DNA of 64,000 bases from positions 10,688 through 74,687 of the forward strand of contig JAPOQA010000058.1 of NCBI GenBank assembly GCA_026710945.1, given 5' to 3'. Source of the DNA: Chloroflexota bacterium. Lineage in GTDB: Bacteria > Chloroflexota > UBA11872 > VXOZ01. Shown piece after piece: positions 18,454 through 26,986 of the stretch (its first letter is position 1; every line of letters starts with the position of its first letter). The translations under genes were made by a program, and so were the position numbers. The notes beneath the pieces were generated by a model. The model had not been told where the DNA came from, ran no database searches, and worked only from the letters and a program-made list of their open reading frames with translations.

Positions 18454-19872
18454 GTGGATGACCGACGGTACTCTTTCTCCCCATTGCGTCGGACCATCGC
18501 GATTCTGATAGCCAAGATTGCAGGCGTGTTTTCGCGCCGCCTGCAGCGGGGCGGGGGCACGGCGCTCCCGGGACTGGTGGCGGAGCACCTTGCACCGGAC
18601 TTACTTGGAGTCTTGCTGAGCCAAGTGCCGGCGGGCACCGTCTTCGTCACCGGCACAAATGGCAAGACGACAACTGCCGCGTTGCTGCGCAACATTCTTG
18701 CCGTTGGCGGTCGCTCCGTTCTGCACAACGCTACAGGGTCTAACCTGACACGCGGCGTCTTGAGCCTGTTACTCGAACACACCGGTTGGCACGGCAGGCT
18801 GAGTCTTGCGCCGGACAGCATTGCCGTCTTGGAATTGGACGAGGCGGCAATTGTACAAGCGCTCCGCCAGCATCGGCCTGCCTGCATTGTCGTGACAAAT
18901 CTCTTTCGCGATCAGCTCGACCGCTACGGCGAGGTGCAGACAATTGCCGCAGGCCTACGCTCCGCATTCGCGCAGTTGGATTCTGCCACGGCGTTGCTTT
19001 TGAATGGGGATGATCCGTTAGTTGCCAGCTTGGGTGAATCCTACGTTGGTCCGGTGGGCTATTTTGGCCTTGATGATCCTGACGTGGCGCGGGATGATAT
19101 TGAATTGGCTGCTGACTCACATTACTGCCCGCATGACGCAGAGCCATTGCAGTATGCCGCTGCTTACTACGGACACCTTGGGGAGTTTGCCTGCCCTGCG
19201 TGCGGCTGGCGGCAACCTCATCGCGATGTGCGGGCGACAAGAGTTGCTTTGCATGGCTTTGCCGGTGTGGACCTCACCATCGCTGTGCCGGAATCGGAGC
19301 TGAGGATACATCTGCGTGTGCCGGGACTCTACAACGTCTACAATGCGCTCGCCGCCACTGCGGCGGCCTGGTACCTTGAGGCGCCTGAACATGCGGTTTC
19401 CGAGGGTCTCAGCGCGACAATCTCCGCCTTTGGGCGCGCTGAGGTTGTAGAGTCAGATGGGCGGACAGTGTGGCTGCTTCTTATAAAGAATCCTATCGGA
19501 GCAAATCAAGTATTGCGGCTACTTGCCGCCGAGGACAGGCCGTTGCACGTGCTTGCAATTCTCCAAGATCGCGCGGCTGACGGGCATGATGTCTCATGGA
19601 TTTGGGACGTTGATTTTGAGTGCTTGGCAAACGCCACGGTTACAACCGGCGGCCGCCGCGCGGAGGACATGGCGGTGCGCTTGAAGTACGCTGGGAGCGG
19701 CAACATTACTGCGAGGGGCAACATCGCGCATGCGTTCGACTATGCCGCTGACGCCACTCCTGTGGAAGGGACGCTCTTCATCCTTGCGACATATACCGGA
19801 ATGCTTGAATTGCGCAAGGTCTGGGCTGAGCGAGGGCTTGTTCGCCACTTCTGGGAGGAATCCCTTGCGTAA
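18454..19872 (+). CDS. murT: Lipid II isoglutaminyl synthase subunit MurT (Mur-ligase-like, DUF1727 C-terminus)
   Basis: Mur ligase P-loop VFVTGTNGKTTTAALL; Cys4 zinc ribbon CPHD...CPACGW inserted in the central domain; DUF1727-type C-terminus. Followed by gatD. Confidence 0.8.
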   Translation: MDDRRYSFSPLRRTIAILIAKIAGVFSRRLQRGGGTALPGLVAEHLAPDLLGVLLSQVPAGTVFVTGTNGKTTTAALLRNILAVGGRSVLHNATGSNLTRGVLSLLLEHTGWHGRLSLAPDSIAVLELDEAAIVQALRQHRPACIVVTNLFRDQLDRYGEVQTIAAGLRSAFAQLDSATALLLNGDDPLVASLGESYVGPVGYFGLDDPDVARDDIELAADSHYCPHDAEPLQYAAAYYGHLGEFACPACGWRQPHRDVRATRVALHGFAGVDLTIAVPESELRIHLRVPGLYNVYNALAATAAAWYLEAPEHAVSEGLSATISAFGRAEVVESDGRTVWLLLIKNPIGANQVLRLLAAEDRPLHVLAILQDRAADGHDVSWIWDVDFECLANATVTTGGRRAEDMAVRLKYAGSGNITARGNIAHAFDYAADATPVEGTLFILATYTGMLELRKVWAERGLVRHFWEESLA

Positions 19873-19914
19873 CTATGGTCAATGGGCGGAGGAGAGCTGG
19901 ATCAATGAAGATGG

Positions 19915-20060
19915 CCCCTCACCCCGGCCCTCTCCCCCGGGAGAGGGAGTCTCTTCGCCTGCCGGCCCCGATTGTGCAAGAGACTCTTCGCCCGTCAGCC
20001 CCGGATGTGCAAGCGTCTCTTCGCCTGCCGGCCCCGGCTGTGCAAGTTTCTCCAGGGAGT
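19915..20060. repeat. Composite intergenic repeat: palindromic CCCTCTCCCC-CGG-GAGAGGG core followed by three tandem copies of a roughly 33-bp unit (TCTCTTCGCCTGCCGGCCCCGATTGTGCAAGAG)
   Basis: Direct reading of 19915-20050. A single-unit homologue of the same element occurs at 26987-27060. Confidence 0.6.
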
Positions 20061-20067
20061 GCCTTGC

Positions 20068-20796
20068 ATGAAGATTGTCATTGGGCATCTCTATCCGCAT
20101 CTTATGAACATGTATGCAGATCGTGGCAACGTGATCTGCCTGGAACGTCGCTGCCGGTGGCGCGGTCTTGACGTGGAGCTGCGGAACATTGGTCCCGGGC
20201 CGCTACGCCATGCCGCAGAGCTCGACATTCTCCTGGTTGGCGGCGGGCAAGATCGGGAGCAGTGTCTGGCCTCACAGGACCTTGTGGAGACCAAGGGTCC
20301 AGTGTTGCGGGAGGCGATTGGCGACGGCCTTGTCGCCCTGGCGGTGTGTGGCGGCTATCAGCTTTTTGGCGAGTACTATCGCGACCACACCGGCGCAGAA
20401 TTGCGCGGCATTGAGGTGCTGCCGGCGCACACGACCCACCCCGGCGCCGACAGCCAACGGTGCATTGGCAATATCGTCACAACGTGGAATGGGCAAAAAC
20501 TCGTTGGCTTTGAGAATCACGGCGGACGCACGTATCTGCACGATCCGGAGGCCGCCCTCGCTACCGTCGTAAGTGGATACGGGAATAACGGCGCGGACCA
20601 GACTGAAGGCGCACAGTGGAAGAACGCGTACGGCACCTATCTCCACGGCTCGCTGCTCCCGAAGAATCCGGCCTTTGCCGACCATCTGATCCTGCAAGCC
20701 CTGAAACGGCGGTACGGCGTCACGTCGCTGCCTCCGCTCGATGACGCCGTAGAACTGGCTGCACACGAACGGGCTCTAAAGATCGCCGGTGGGTAG
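20068..20796 (+). CDS. gatD: Lipid II isoglutaminyl synthase glutaminase subunit GatD (CobB/CobQ-like class I amidotransferase)
   Basis: Start reassigned to MKIVIGHLYPHLMNMYADRGN. Catalytic Cys in LAVCGGYQLF and a downstream His (YLHGSLL). The 32 upstream codons of the raw ORF lie in the repeat. Confidence 0.8.
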   Translation: MKIVIGHLYPHLMNMYADRGNVICLERRCRWRGLDVELRNIGPGPLRHAAELDILLVGGGQDREQCLASQDLVETKGPVLREAIGDGLVALAVCGGYQLFGEYYRDHTGAELRGIEVLPAHTTHPGADSQRCIGNIVTTWNGQKLVGFENHGGRTYLHDPEAALATVVSGYGNNGADQTEGAQWKNAYGTYLHGSLLPKNPAFADHLILQALKRRYGVTSLPPLDDAVELAAHERALKIAGG

Positions 20797-20977
20797 CGCG
20801 CCTTTGCGGCTTTCGACTGCGACGGTCAACTGTTGCTTGGGGATATTCTCATGCGGGGAAGAACAGGATTTTCGCTGCCGCGCGATTTGACGCGCATGCC
20901 CCTGGTTATACGTGCTTTGCTCGCACGAACACTGCTCGAACTCATCCCATAGAATACATTGCTCCGCGCAGACCTGC

Positions 20978-21186
20978 CCTTCGACAGGCTCAGGGCGAAC
21001 GGAAAAAGGCGGCGAACCGATAAGCCGGCGAATGGAAAAAGCCGGTGAACGGATGAGCAGGGAAACGGAAGAGGCCGGGGAATGGTAGAGCCGGGAAATG
21101 GAAGAGCCGGGGAATGGTAGAGCAAGGGAATGGAAATACCGGGGAGTGGAAGAGCCAACAATCCGTTCGTGCTGAGCTTGTCGAAG
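20978..21186. repeat. Tandem array of about 10 degenerate 16-bp units (GGGRAATGGWAGAGCC), flanked by inverted copies of the dispersed motif CTTCGACAGGCTCAGCRCGAACGG
   Basis: Units readable at 21000-21156. The flanking motif is in + orientation at 20978-21002 and in - orientation at 21163-21186. Apparent ORFs 20776..21189, 20826..21161 and 20990..21259 are repeat translations. Confidence 0.65.
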
Positions 21187-21234
21187 CACGGCTAGGCACA
21201 GCGCTCCGAATCTGGAGATGCCCTTGAGCGAAAG

Positions 21235-21693
21235 CTACCCGGTTGAAGAAGCCGCACAACTCGAACAGAGCCCACCGACTTCAAGCTCCACGTTTCTGAT
21301 TGTGAAGCGGTGCTCATCCTGCAGAGCTTCTTTGAGACGGTCAATGTGCGGACTGCTAAACTCGATGACTTCCTCGCACGAAACGCAGACGAGGTGGTGA
21401 TGTTCCCCATCACCGGCAGCTTTGAAGTGGCGGTGGTCTTGCTGTAAGTTCGCAGCCTCGACCAGGCCTTGCTCCCGCAAGAGATCGAGCGTGCGGTACA
21501 CCGTGGAAAGACTGACGCGATGCCCACGTTGACGCGCAATCTGGAAGACTTCATCTGCCCCCAGGTGCCCGGGCTGGTCGCGAATAATCTTCAGAATGGC
21601 TTCGCGTTGCCGCGTGAAGCGGCGGCCGGACGACCGGAGAAGCCGCTTTGCATTGGAAGTTGCCAGTTGCGAACGTGGTGCTGCCAAGGTCAT
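21235..21693 (-). CDS. Fur-family transcriptional regulator (Fur/Zur/PerR)
   Basis: Winged-helix N-terminus FTRQREAILKIIRD...HLGADEVF...VSLSTVYRTLDLLREQGLV; metal-site HHHLVC..C (HHxxC...CxxC). Confidence 0.85.
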   Translation of the reverse strand: MTLAAPRSQLATSNAKRLLRSSGRRFTRQREAILKIIRDQPGHLGADEVFQIARQRGHRVSLSTVYRTLDLLREQGLVEAANLQQDHRHFKAAGDGEHHHLVCVSCEEVIEFSSPHIDRLKEALQDEHRFTIRNVELEVGGLCSSCAASSTG

Positions 21694-21860
21694 TCCCTCT
21701 TCCGGCAGGCGCGTGCGAAAAACTGCATCAATAGTAACGGAAGTAAAGTCCGCTAATTCCTACCTCGCTGCTAGCCATTACATCATAGCACAGACTGGGG
21801 CACGAGGCGGCCTTGACCAGCAGTGGAAACTACACCGTCTTCCGCGGTGCACGCAGGCAA

Positions 21861-22655
21861 TTACGGGTTGTGAGCTAGCAAGAAGAGCGGGTCCTTTTCA
21901 AGAATGGCAATGCCGAGCTCGAGGAACGGCTTGGCCTCGATAAGCCGGAGGGTGGCGTTGCCTATCTTCCCCACCTGCATGATGCCGTGTTCTTGGCAGA
22001 CGGCATCCATCTTTTCGAAGGCGCGGGGATGGTTTGGCAAGTGGGCGCGCGTGGGCACGGTGACAATGCGCCCTTCCAGGTCTATCACCATGGGATAGAA
22101 GACTTCACTGCTCAAGATCGGGGCGCCGCCGGCTTCTTCGATGGTATGGATTGTGGTGTTGCTGTTCTGGCCGATGCCGATGAGCAAGACTTTGCCGCCG
22201 CTCGTGCAATTCCTGTGCCACGGGGTGCCGGGACCGGTGGGATAGACAGCGGTTTCCGCACCGGCGAGCAGCCAGTCCCGGCGCGCGCCAATCGCGTGCA
22301 GCGTGTGGCACGCCGAGAGCGAAGGCCGCGCCTCCGGCCTAATCCGGAGTGCGTTCGTGATAGCGCCAAGCTTTGAAGGAGTGACCCGCAGGTCGAGTAT
22401 GGGGTTGTGTTTGATGTAATGGAAGTGCGATCCTCCCGTCCAGATCACTGGACTGGTAGGCACTGCTACCGTCCCTTCAGCCCCAACTGCGGCGAGCAGC
22501 GCGTCCACGACAGTGTCAGCGCCGCCCTCGACATACCCAAAGCGAGAGAGGGACGAATGGACGATGACCGTGTCGCCATCGGTAAGGCCGAGACCGCGAA
22601 AGCCATCTAAGAGCATCGTAAAAGTTACATGAGGCCGGGACTCATTCATTGACAT
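21861..22655 (-). CDS. AAC(3)-family aminoglycoside N-acetyltransferase homologue
   Basis: GDTVIVHSSLSRFGYVEGGADTVVDALLAAVGAEGTVAVPT matches the AAC(3) N-terminal consensus. Start set at MSMNESRP. Confidence 0.7.
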   Translation of the reverse strand: MSMNESRPHVTFTMLLDGFRGLGLTDGDTVIVHSSLSRFGYVEGGADTVVDALLAAVGAEGTVAVPTSPVIWTGGSHFHYIKHNPILDLRVTPSKLGAITNALRIRPEARPSLSACHTLHAIGARRDWLLAGAETAVYPTGPGTPWHRNCTSGGKVLLIGIGQNSNTTIHTIEEAGGAPILSSEVFYPMVIDLEGRIVTVPTRAHLPNHPRAFEKMDAVCQEHGIMQVGKIGNATLRLIEAKPFLELGIAILEKDPLFLLAHNP

Positions 22656-22758
22656 AAGCGTATGCTCGCTCTCTGTGTTTTGCTGGTGGCGTAGGGAGAG
22701 TGTTTCGGGCGTGCGGGGAGTGTTCGGAGTCCTCCACAATGAGTGCGAGAAATACTAA

Positions 22759-22984
22759 CCGTTAGCGCCGAGCTTGTCGAAGCGCGAGCAGAGGGCAGTT
22801 TCCTGCGCTTTGTGGCGGTATACTCATTCCTCTAGTAAAGCTCTCATGTTACCGCTTCTTGCAAGGGTCTGGCCAAACTTGCAGGGCCTTTTCAAAGTAA
22901 ATCCGTCATTCCCGCGAGAGCGGGAATCCATCCTCCAGCACCGCATGCGCCCCGTCAGCAGCGGGGGACAAGCCCCCGCGCTAC
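22759..22984. repeat. Nest of three short repeat families: family A (- orientation, 22759-22786), ATTCCC-N8-GGGAAT palindrome (22903-22922), GC hairpin GCGGGGGACAAGCCCCCGCGCTAC (22961-22984)
   Basis: All three have homologues elsewhere in the window (21163, 43466, 43351, 27128 and 42029). Confidence 0.55.
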
Positions 22985-23065
22985 AGTAAGGTCTATTCTC
23001 ATAGCATTGACGATTTGCCCTGAAACATAATGACAATGACTTGTAATGACCCTGCCAAACCTGAC

Positions 23066-24085
23066 TCAGTACTCGACCGTTTCGCCCGATTCCATAGACT
23101 CCGTGACGGCAAGTCCCGCGCGGAGCGCGCGTCTGCCATCATCGCCGGAGACGCGAGGCGGTTCCCCGCGACGCATGCGGCTAGCGAAATCCTGTATTGC
23201 TGCGGTGTACGCATCATGGGGCTGGAATTCGAATTCTTGCGCCTTGCCTCGATGGTCTATGTGCCTGAATTGTTTGGGTTGGAGATTAGTGATTACACCC
23301 TGTGGCCCGATGAGCTCTTCCTCATGCGCCAGGAAAGGCTTGAACCCCGCCTGCATACTGCAAGAAGCGGTAATGACGCCAATGTCGCCGGAGCTGTATT
23401 CGATTAACGCCACACCGGTATCGGGTGCGGTGCTTAGCCTTTTGCGCTGGTCCGACTCAAGGTTCGCCCAACTGAAGCCGCGAGCATTCACGCGGACGAC
23501 GTCGCTGCGGAAGAGCCATGCCCAGAGATCGTAGTGGTCCGCAAACAAATCGAGGAAGACCTTTGAGTCTCGCGATTCCCTATGTCCAGACGTGCTGCTT
23601 GGGGCAGGCATGAGACAATGCACACGATAAATGACCGGCCTACCGAGCGTTTCCTCGTCCATCATTTCGCGGATGCGCGTAAAGCTGAGCGCATAGCGGC
23701 GAGGGAAGCTCATGCCGACTGCGACCCGGTTGCGGCGTGCGGTTGCCAAGAGCGTGTCGCACTCGCCCAAGACGTGGGTGGTGTTGCGCTCGCAGAAGAC
23801 ATGTTTGTGGTTCTCTATGGCGTCGAGAGCGATGGGTCCATTCAGTGCCGACGACGTGCACAGTGAAACGATGTTTATGTCGGCCCGTGCAATAACTGTG
23901 GAGTAGTCTGTACTGACAGTGTCGATCCCGTACTCTTGGGCTAAGCCGTACGCGCGCGCCTCGTCCATGTCAACCACAGCAACAACGTGAGAATCTTTCA
24001 CTGCCTGCCAGCCGACAATATGCTTCCGGGCTGTGGCGCCGGCGCCAATGATGCACGTGCGTACGCGACTAACGGGGGTAATCAT
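23066..24085 (-). CDS. Gfo/Idh/MocA-family NAD(P)-dependent oxidoreductase
   Basis: Rossmann motif VRTCIIGAGATARKHIVGW near the N-terminus (start set at MITPVS); typical two-domain length. Confidence 0.8.
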   Translation of the reverse strand: MITPVSRVRTCIIGAGATARKHIVGWQAVKDSHVVAVVDMDEARAYGLAQEYGIDTVSTDYSTVIARADINIVSLCTSSALNGPIALDAIENHKHVFCERNTTHVLGECDTLLATARRNRVAVGMSFPRRYALSFTRIREMMDEETLGRPVIYRVHCLMPAPSSTSGHRESRDSKVFLDLFADHYDLWAWLFRSDVVRVNARGFSWANLESDQRKRLSTAPDTGVALIEYSSGDIGVITASCSMQAGFKPFLAHEEELIGPQGVITNLQPKQFRHIDHRGKAQEFEFQPHDAYTAAIQDFASRMRRGEPPRVSGDDGRRALRAGLAVTESMESGETVEY

Positions 24086-24268
24086 TGAACTACAACCAAT
24101 GTGCGCTTGAGGATGAAATAACGAGAAGGGGCCCAATCGGGACAAGCTGCGAGGTCGTGTGTGCGCGCTGGCGCGCTGAGACTAAGTATAGGCTTACACA
24201 CATAGTGTAGCGCAGAATGGCTGCGTAGGCGATACTAGACTGGAGCGTAGGATCCTCGGAGGCAAGCA

Positions 24269-25069
24269 TTGGCGCGCGTATACTTGAGCGTTGACATGGA
24301 AGGGCTGGCCGGCGTTGCGCTGCGCGAGCAGATTTCCCGCCACATTGGGGGTCGGCAGTATCAACAGGGACGAAGATTGGTGATGGCGGAAGTCAACGCC
24401 GCCGTGGCGGGAGCATTTGACGGCGGCGCAACCGACGTCATCGTCCACGATAACCACGGCAGCAGTATGAACATGATCGTCGAGCAGCTTGACCCCCGCG
24501 CGTACGTCTACATGGGAAATCTGCCCTATCCCCAACATGCGGTCTTGGAACCGGACATTGACCTATACTTCTGCCTGGGTTACCACGCCGCACAGGGGAG
24601 GTTGCACGCTTTCCGGGACCATACCGTGAGTTCATCCCGCTGGAGCGACGTCTGGCTGAATAACGTTGCGATTGGTGAACTTGGGTTGAGCGCCGCGTGT
24701 GCCGGCGTCTACGGCATACCGGTAGGATTAGTGGTCGGTGACGACAAATTGTGCGCCGAGGCGCGCACTCTGCTCGGTCCTGAGGTTGAGGTAGTGCCGG
24801 TCAAGACCGGGCTGGGCAGGCACGCCGCCAGGCTCTTGCCTTCTTCCGATCAGCACGCCAGGATCCATAAAGCCGCAGCGCTGGCAGTGCGTCAAGGGCA
24901 AACTGTACCCCCTCTTGTCTTTGCCCCGCCGTACGAATTGTGCTTGCAGTACACCTCCCCGGAATATGCCGATGCTCACGCGTGCGATGGGGTGCGTAGC
25001 GTACGACGAAACGGTACTACGGTCTGCTATCGAGGCGATAACCTCATCGAGCTGGTAGGAAGAATGTAA
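24269..25069 (+). CDS. D-aminopeptidase DppA-like (peptidase family M55)
   Basis: MARVYLSVDMEGLAGV... matches the M55 N-terminal signature MKIYISADIEGIAGV. Stop overlaps the start of the next gene. Confidence 0.75.
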   Translation: MARVYLSVDMEGLAGVALREQISRHIGGRQYQQGRRLVMAEVNAAVAGAFDGGATDVIVHDNHGSSMNMIVEQLDPRAYVYMGNLPYPQHAVLEPDIDLYFCLGYHAAQGRLHAFRDHTVSSSRWSDVWLNNVAIGELGLSAACAGVYGIPVGLVVGDDKLCAEARTLLGPEVEVVPVKTGLGRHAARLLPSSDQHARIHKAAALAVRQGQTVPPLVFAPPYELCLQYTSPEYADAHACDGVRSVRRNGTTVCYRGDNLIELVGRM

Positions 25070-26037
25070 TGGCATGGCTTGTGGTGCGCCGGCTCATGTG
25101 CTTGCCGCTCTTAGTGGTGCTCGTTGGCTGTGTTGCGGACACGTATACCCAGCGCATGGGTCGGCTCTATGACTCTGTCCGTTCACAGCCACAGATTCAA
25201 CCCCCTGCTGATTTCGTGTCTGCCGCGCCCGCGGTCATTGACACCGCCCCAATCGCCAAGGCAGACATGGTAGTTTTCGCCGCGCGTCCCGGAGATGCGG
25301 TAGTGTCGGCATACGCGACGATCAGACTGGCAGTATCACAAGGCAAGCGCGTCGTCATCGTTTACGTCACCAACGGTGATGCCCAGACCGAAGCAGCGCA
25401 AGCTCTTGCTGAACTCCCTGCTACCGCTACCCCGACGCCGGAACAGTATCTGCAGGCAGCGGCTGTCCTGCAAGACGTGGCGCTCCACGCAGCGGAGAAT
25501 GCGCTTGGCATGAAACGGGATGATGCAGTCTTTCTCTCGTACCCGGATGGCGCGTTGCATGAATTGACAGATGATGCGCCGGATGACGTGGTTCGTTCGC
25601 CGTTTACCGAGAAGGACGGTCTCTTCGATGCCGGCATCACACCGTATCGCATTGCGCGTTCGGGGCAGGGTGTACCCTATTCCTTCAACGCGATCCTCCA
25701 CGACCTGAACGACATACTTGTTGAACTGAACCCCGCAGAGATATACTTGCCTTCACCTGCCAGCGCGGACGAAACGGTGGCGGCAGCCGGGCGGCTGATT
25801 GCGCGGTCGCTGCGGGAAGTCGCGCCTCGGGAGGCGCAGGTGTTCGCATACGCGCAGGCATTGGATGAGGAGCAACCGCCTCTCGACCGGCGGGTGCCCG
25901 TGACCGACCCGGCAGCAAAGCAGCGCGCACTCGACAGGGATGCGACACGGATAGGCACAGCAGGCTGGCCGGCAGCACCTGACGCAATGCTCGAAGAAGA
26001 ACAGTTTTGGGCGTTCGACTCTTCCGCTGAGCGTTGA
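25069..26037 (+). CDS. LmbE/PIG-L-like domain lipoprotein with degenerate active site
   Basis: Signal peptide with lipobox LVGC. The fold-defining strand VVFAARPGDAVVS...GKRVVIVYVTNGDAQ aligns to the PIG-L block (vlaHPDDE...vTdGeaG), but the His and Asp zinc ligands are replaced and no HxxH motif is seen. Confidence 0.5.
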   Translation: MAWLVVRRLMCLPLLVVLVGCVADTYTQRMGRLYDSVRSQPQIQPPADFVSAAPAVIDTAPIAKADMVVFAARPGDAVVSAYATIRLAVSQGKRVVIVYVTNGDAQTEAAQALAELPATATPTPEQYLQAAAVLQDVALHAAENALGMKRDDAVFLSYPDGALHELTDDAPDDVVRSPFTEKDGLFDAGITPYRIARSGQGVPYSFNAILHDLNDILVELNPAEIYLPSPASADETVAAAGRLIARSLREVAPREAQVFAYAQALDEEQPPLDRRVPVTDPAAKQRALDRDATRIGTAGWPAAPDAMLEEEQFWAFDSSAER

Positions 26038-26092
26038 GGAGGGCGCTGGCGAACACCCAGAGAACCGCAATATCACCTAGGAGATACTGAAG

Positions 26093-26959
26093 ATGACTTT
26101 GCCGCAACCGTCGATGCATGGGTCTATATTGAAACCGGGCTATTCATTTGAAGATGTCCTCTCGCTTTCGCAGCGGTTTGGGTTTCCAGGTGTAGACGCC
26201 TCGTTTGCTGAAGTGCGAGCGCGGGCCGAGCAGACCTCCGCTGCGGCAGTGCGCGACCTCTTCGCTGAATTTGAAACATCACCGGCCTACATGGGCTTCA
26301 TTCCGGCAGGACTCTTCTCTCCGGAGGTTGAGTTCATGCAGGCGCTCGACCAGTTCTCGGAAAACTGCGCGTTGGCGGCGTCCGTAGGATGTCAGCGCAC
26401 GGGATCATACTTTCCGAATCGCATGTCGCTGCCGCCTGACGAGGCCCGGCGCATTCTGAGAGATCGCGTTGCAATTCTGGCGGAACGAGCGGAACCCCAC
26501 GGCATTGCTATCGGTCTGGAGTTTCTGGGCGTGCGCACGTTCCGGCTGGAGGAACCGCACGCTTTCCTCAACAACGTGCCGGATACTATAGCGATGCTCC
26601 GCGAGACCGGCCGGCCCAACGTCGGCTTGATCCTCGATTCGTTCCACTACTACACGAGCGGCGGCGATCTATCGCAGATCCGGTCTTTGCGCGCGGAGGA
26701 CATTGTGCATCTGCACGTAAATGACGCGCCCCATGCCGACGTGATGACCCTGGAAGACACGGACCGCGTGCTGCCGGGCAAAGGCGTCATCGACTTGCCC
26801 GGCTGGTTCAAGGCCATCGCCGAGATCGGCTTCGACGGCTACGTCGCCATCGAGATCTTCGACGACGAGTTTCGCAACCAGGACTGGGACGTGGCGGTGG
26901 GCGCCGCCAAAAAGGCGCTTGACGCCGTTCTGGTCCAGGCAGAGCATTCCGGCGACTAG
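26093..26959 (+). CDS. Sugar phosphate isomerase/epimerase (xylose-isomerase-like TIM barrel)
   Basis: AP_endonuc_2-type motifs GIAIGLEF...GLILDSFHYY...VHLHVNDA. Confidence 0.8.
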   Translation: MTLPQPSMHGSILKPGYSFEDVLSLSQRFGFPGVDASFAEVRARAEQTSAAAVRDLFAEFETSPAYMGFIPAGLFSPEVEFMQALDQFSENCALAASVGCQRTGSYFPNRMSLPPDEARRILRDRVAILAERAEPHGIAIGLEFLGVRTFRLEEPHAFLNNVPDTIAMLRETGRPNVGLILDSFHYYTSGGDLSQIRSLRAEDIVHLHVNDAPHADVMTLEDTDRVLPGKGVIDLPGWFKAIAEIGFDGYVAIEIFDDEFRNQDWDVAVGAAKKALDAVLVQAEHSGD

Positions 26960-26986
26960 CGGTGCGGCTTTAGTGCCTGAAGGGTC

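Noticed and set aside
19875-20171. 98-aa ORF with a GPLPRERESLRLPAP iterated pattern, and the 32-codon N-terminal extension of GatD
   Set aside because: Both are translations of the 33-bp tandem repeat. The GatD homology starts at the internal Met MKIVIGH.
21000-21160. Possible CRISPR array
   Set aside because: Units are only about 16 bp, directly abutting with no unique spacers. There is no cas gene and no leader.
20776-21259. Three overlapping minus-strand ORFs (137, 111 and 89 aa) with repetitive Pro/Phe/Ser-rich translations
   Set aside because: They lie entirely within the 16-bp tandem array, and their periodic amino-acid pattern mirrors the DNA repeat. They are translations of repeat DNA, not genes.
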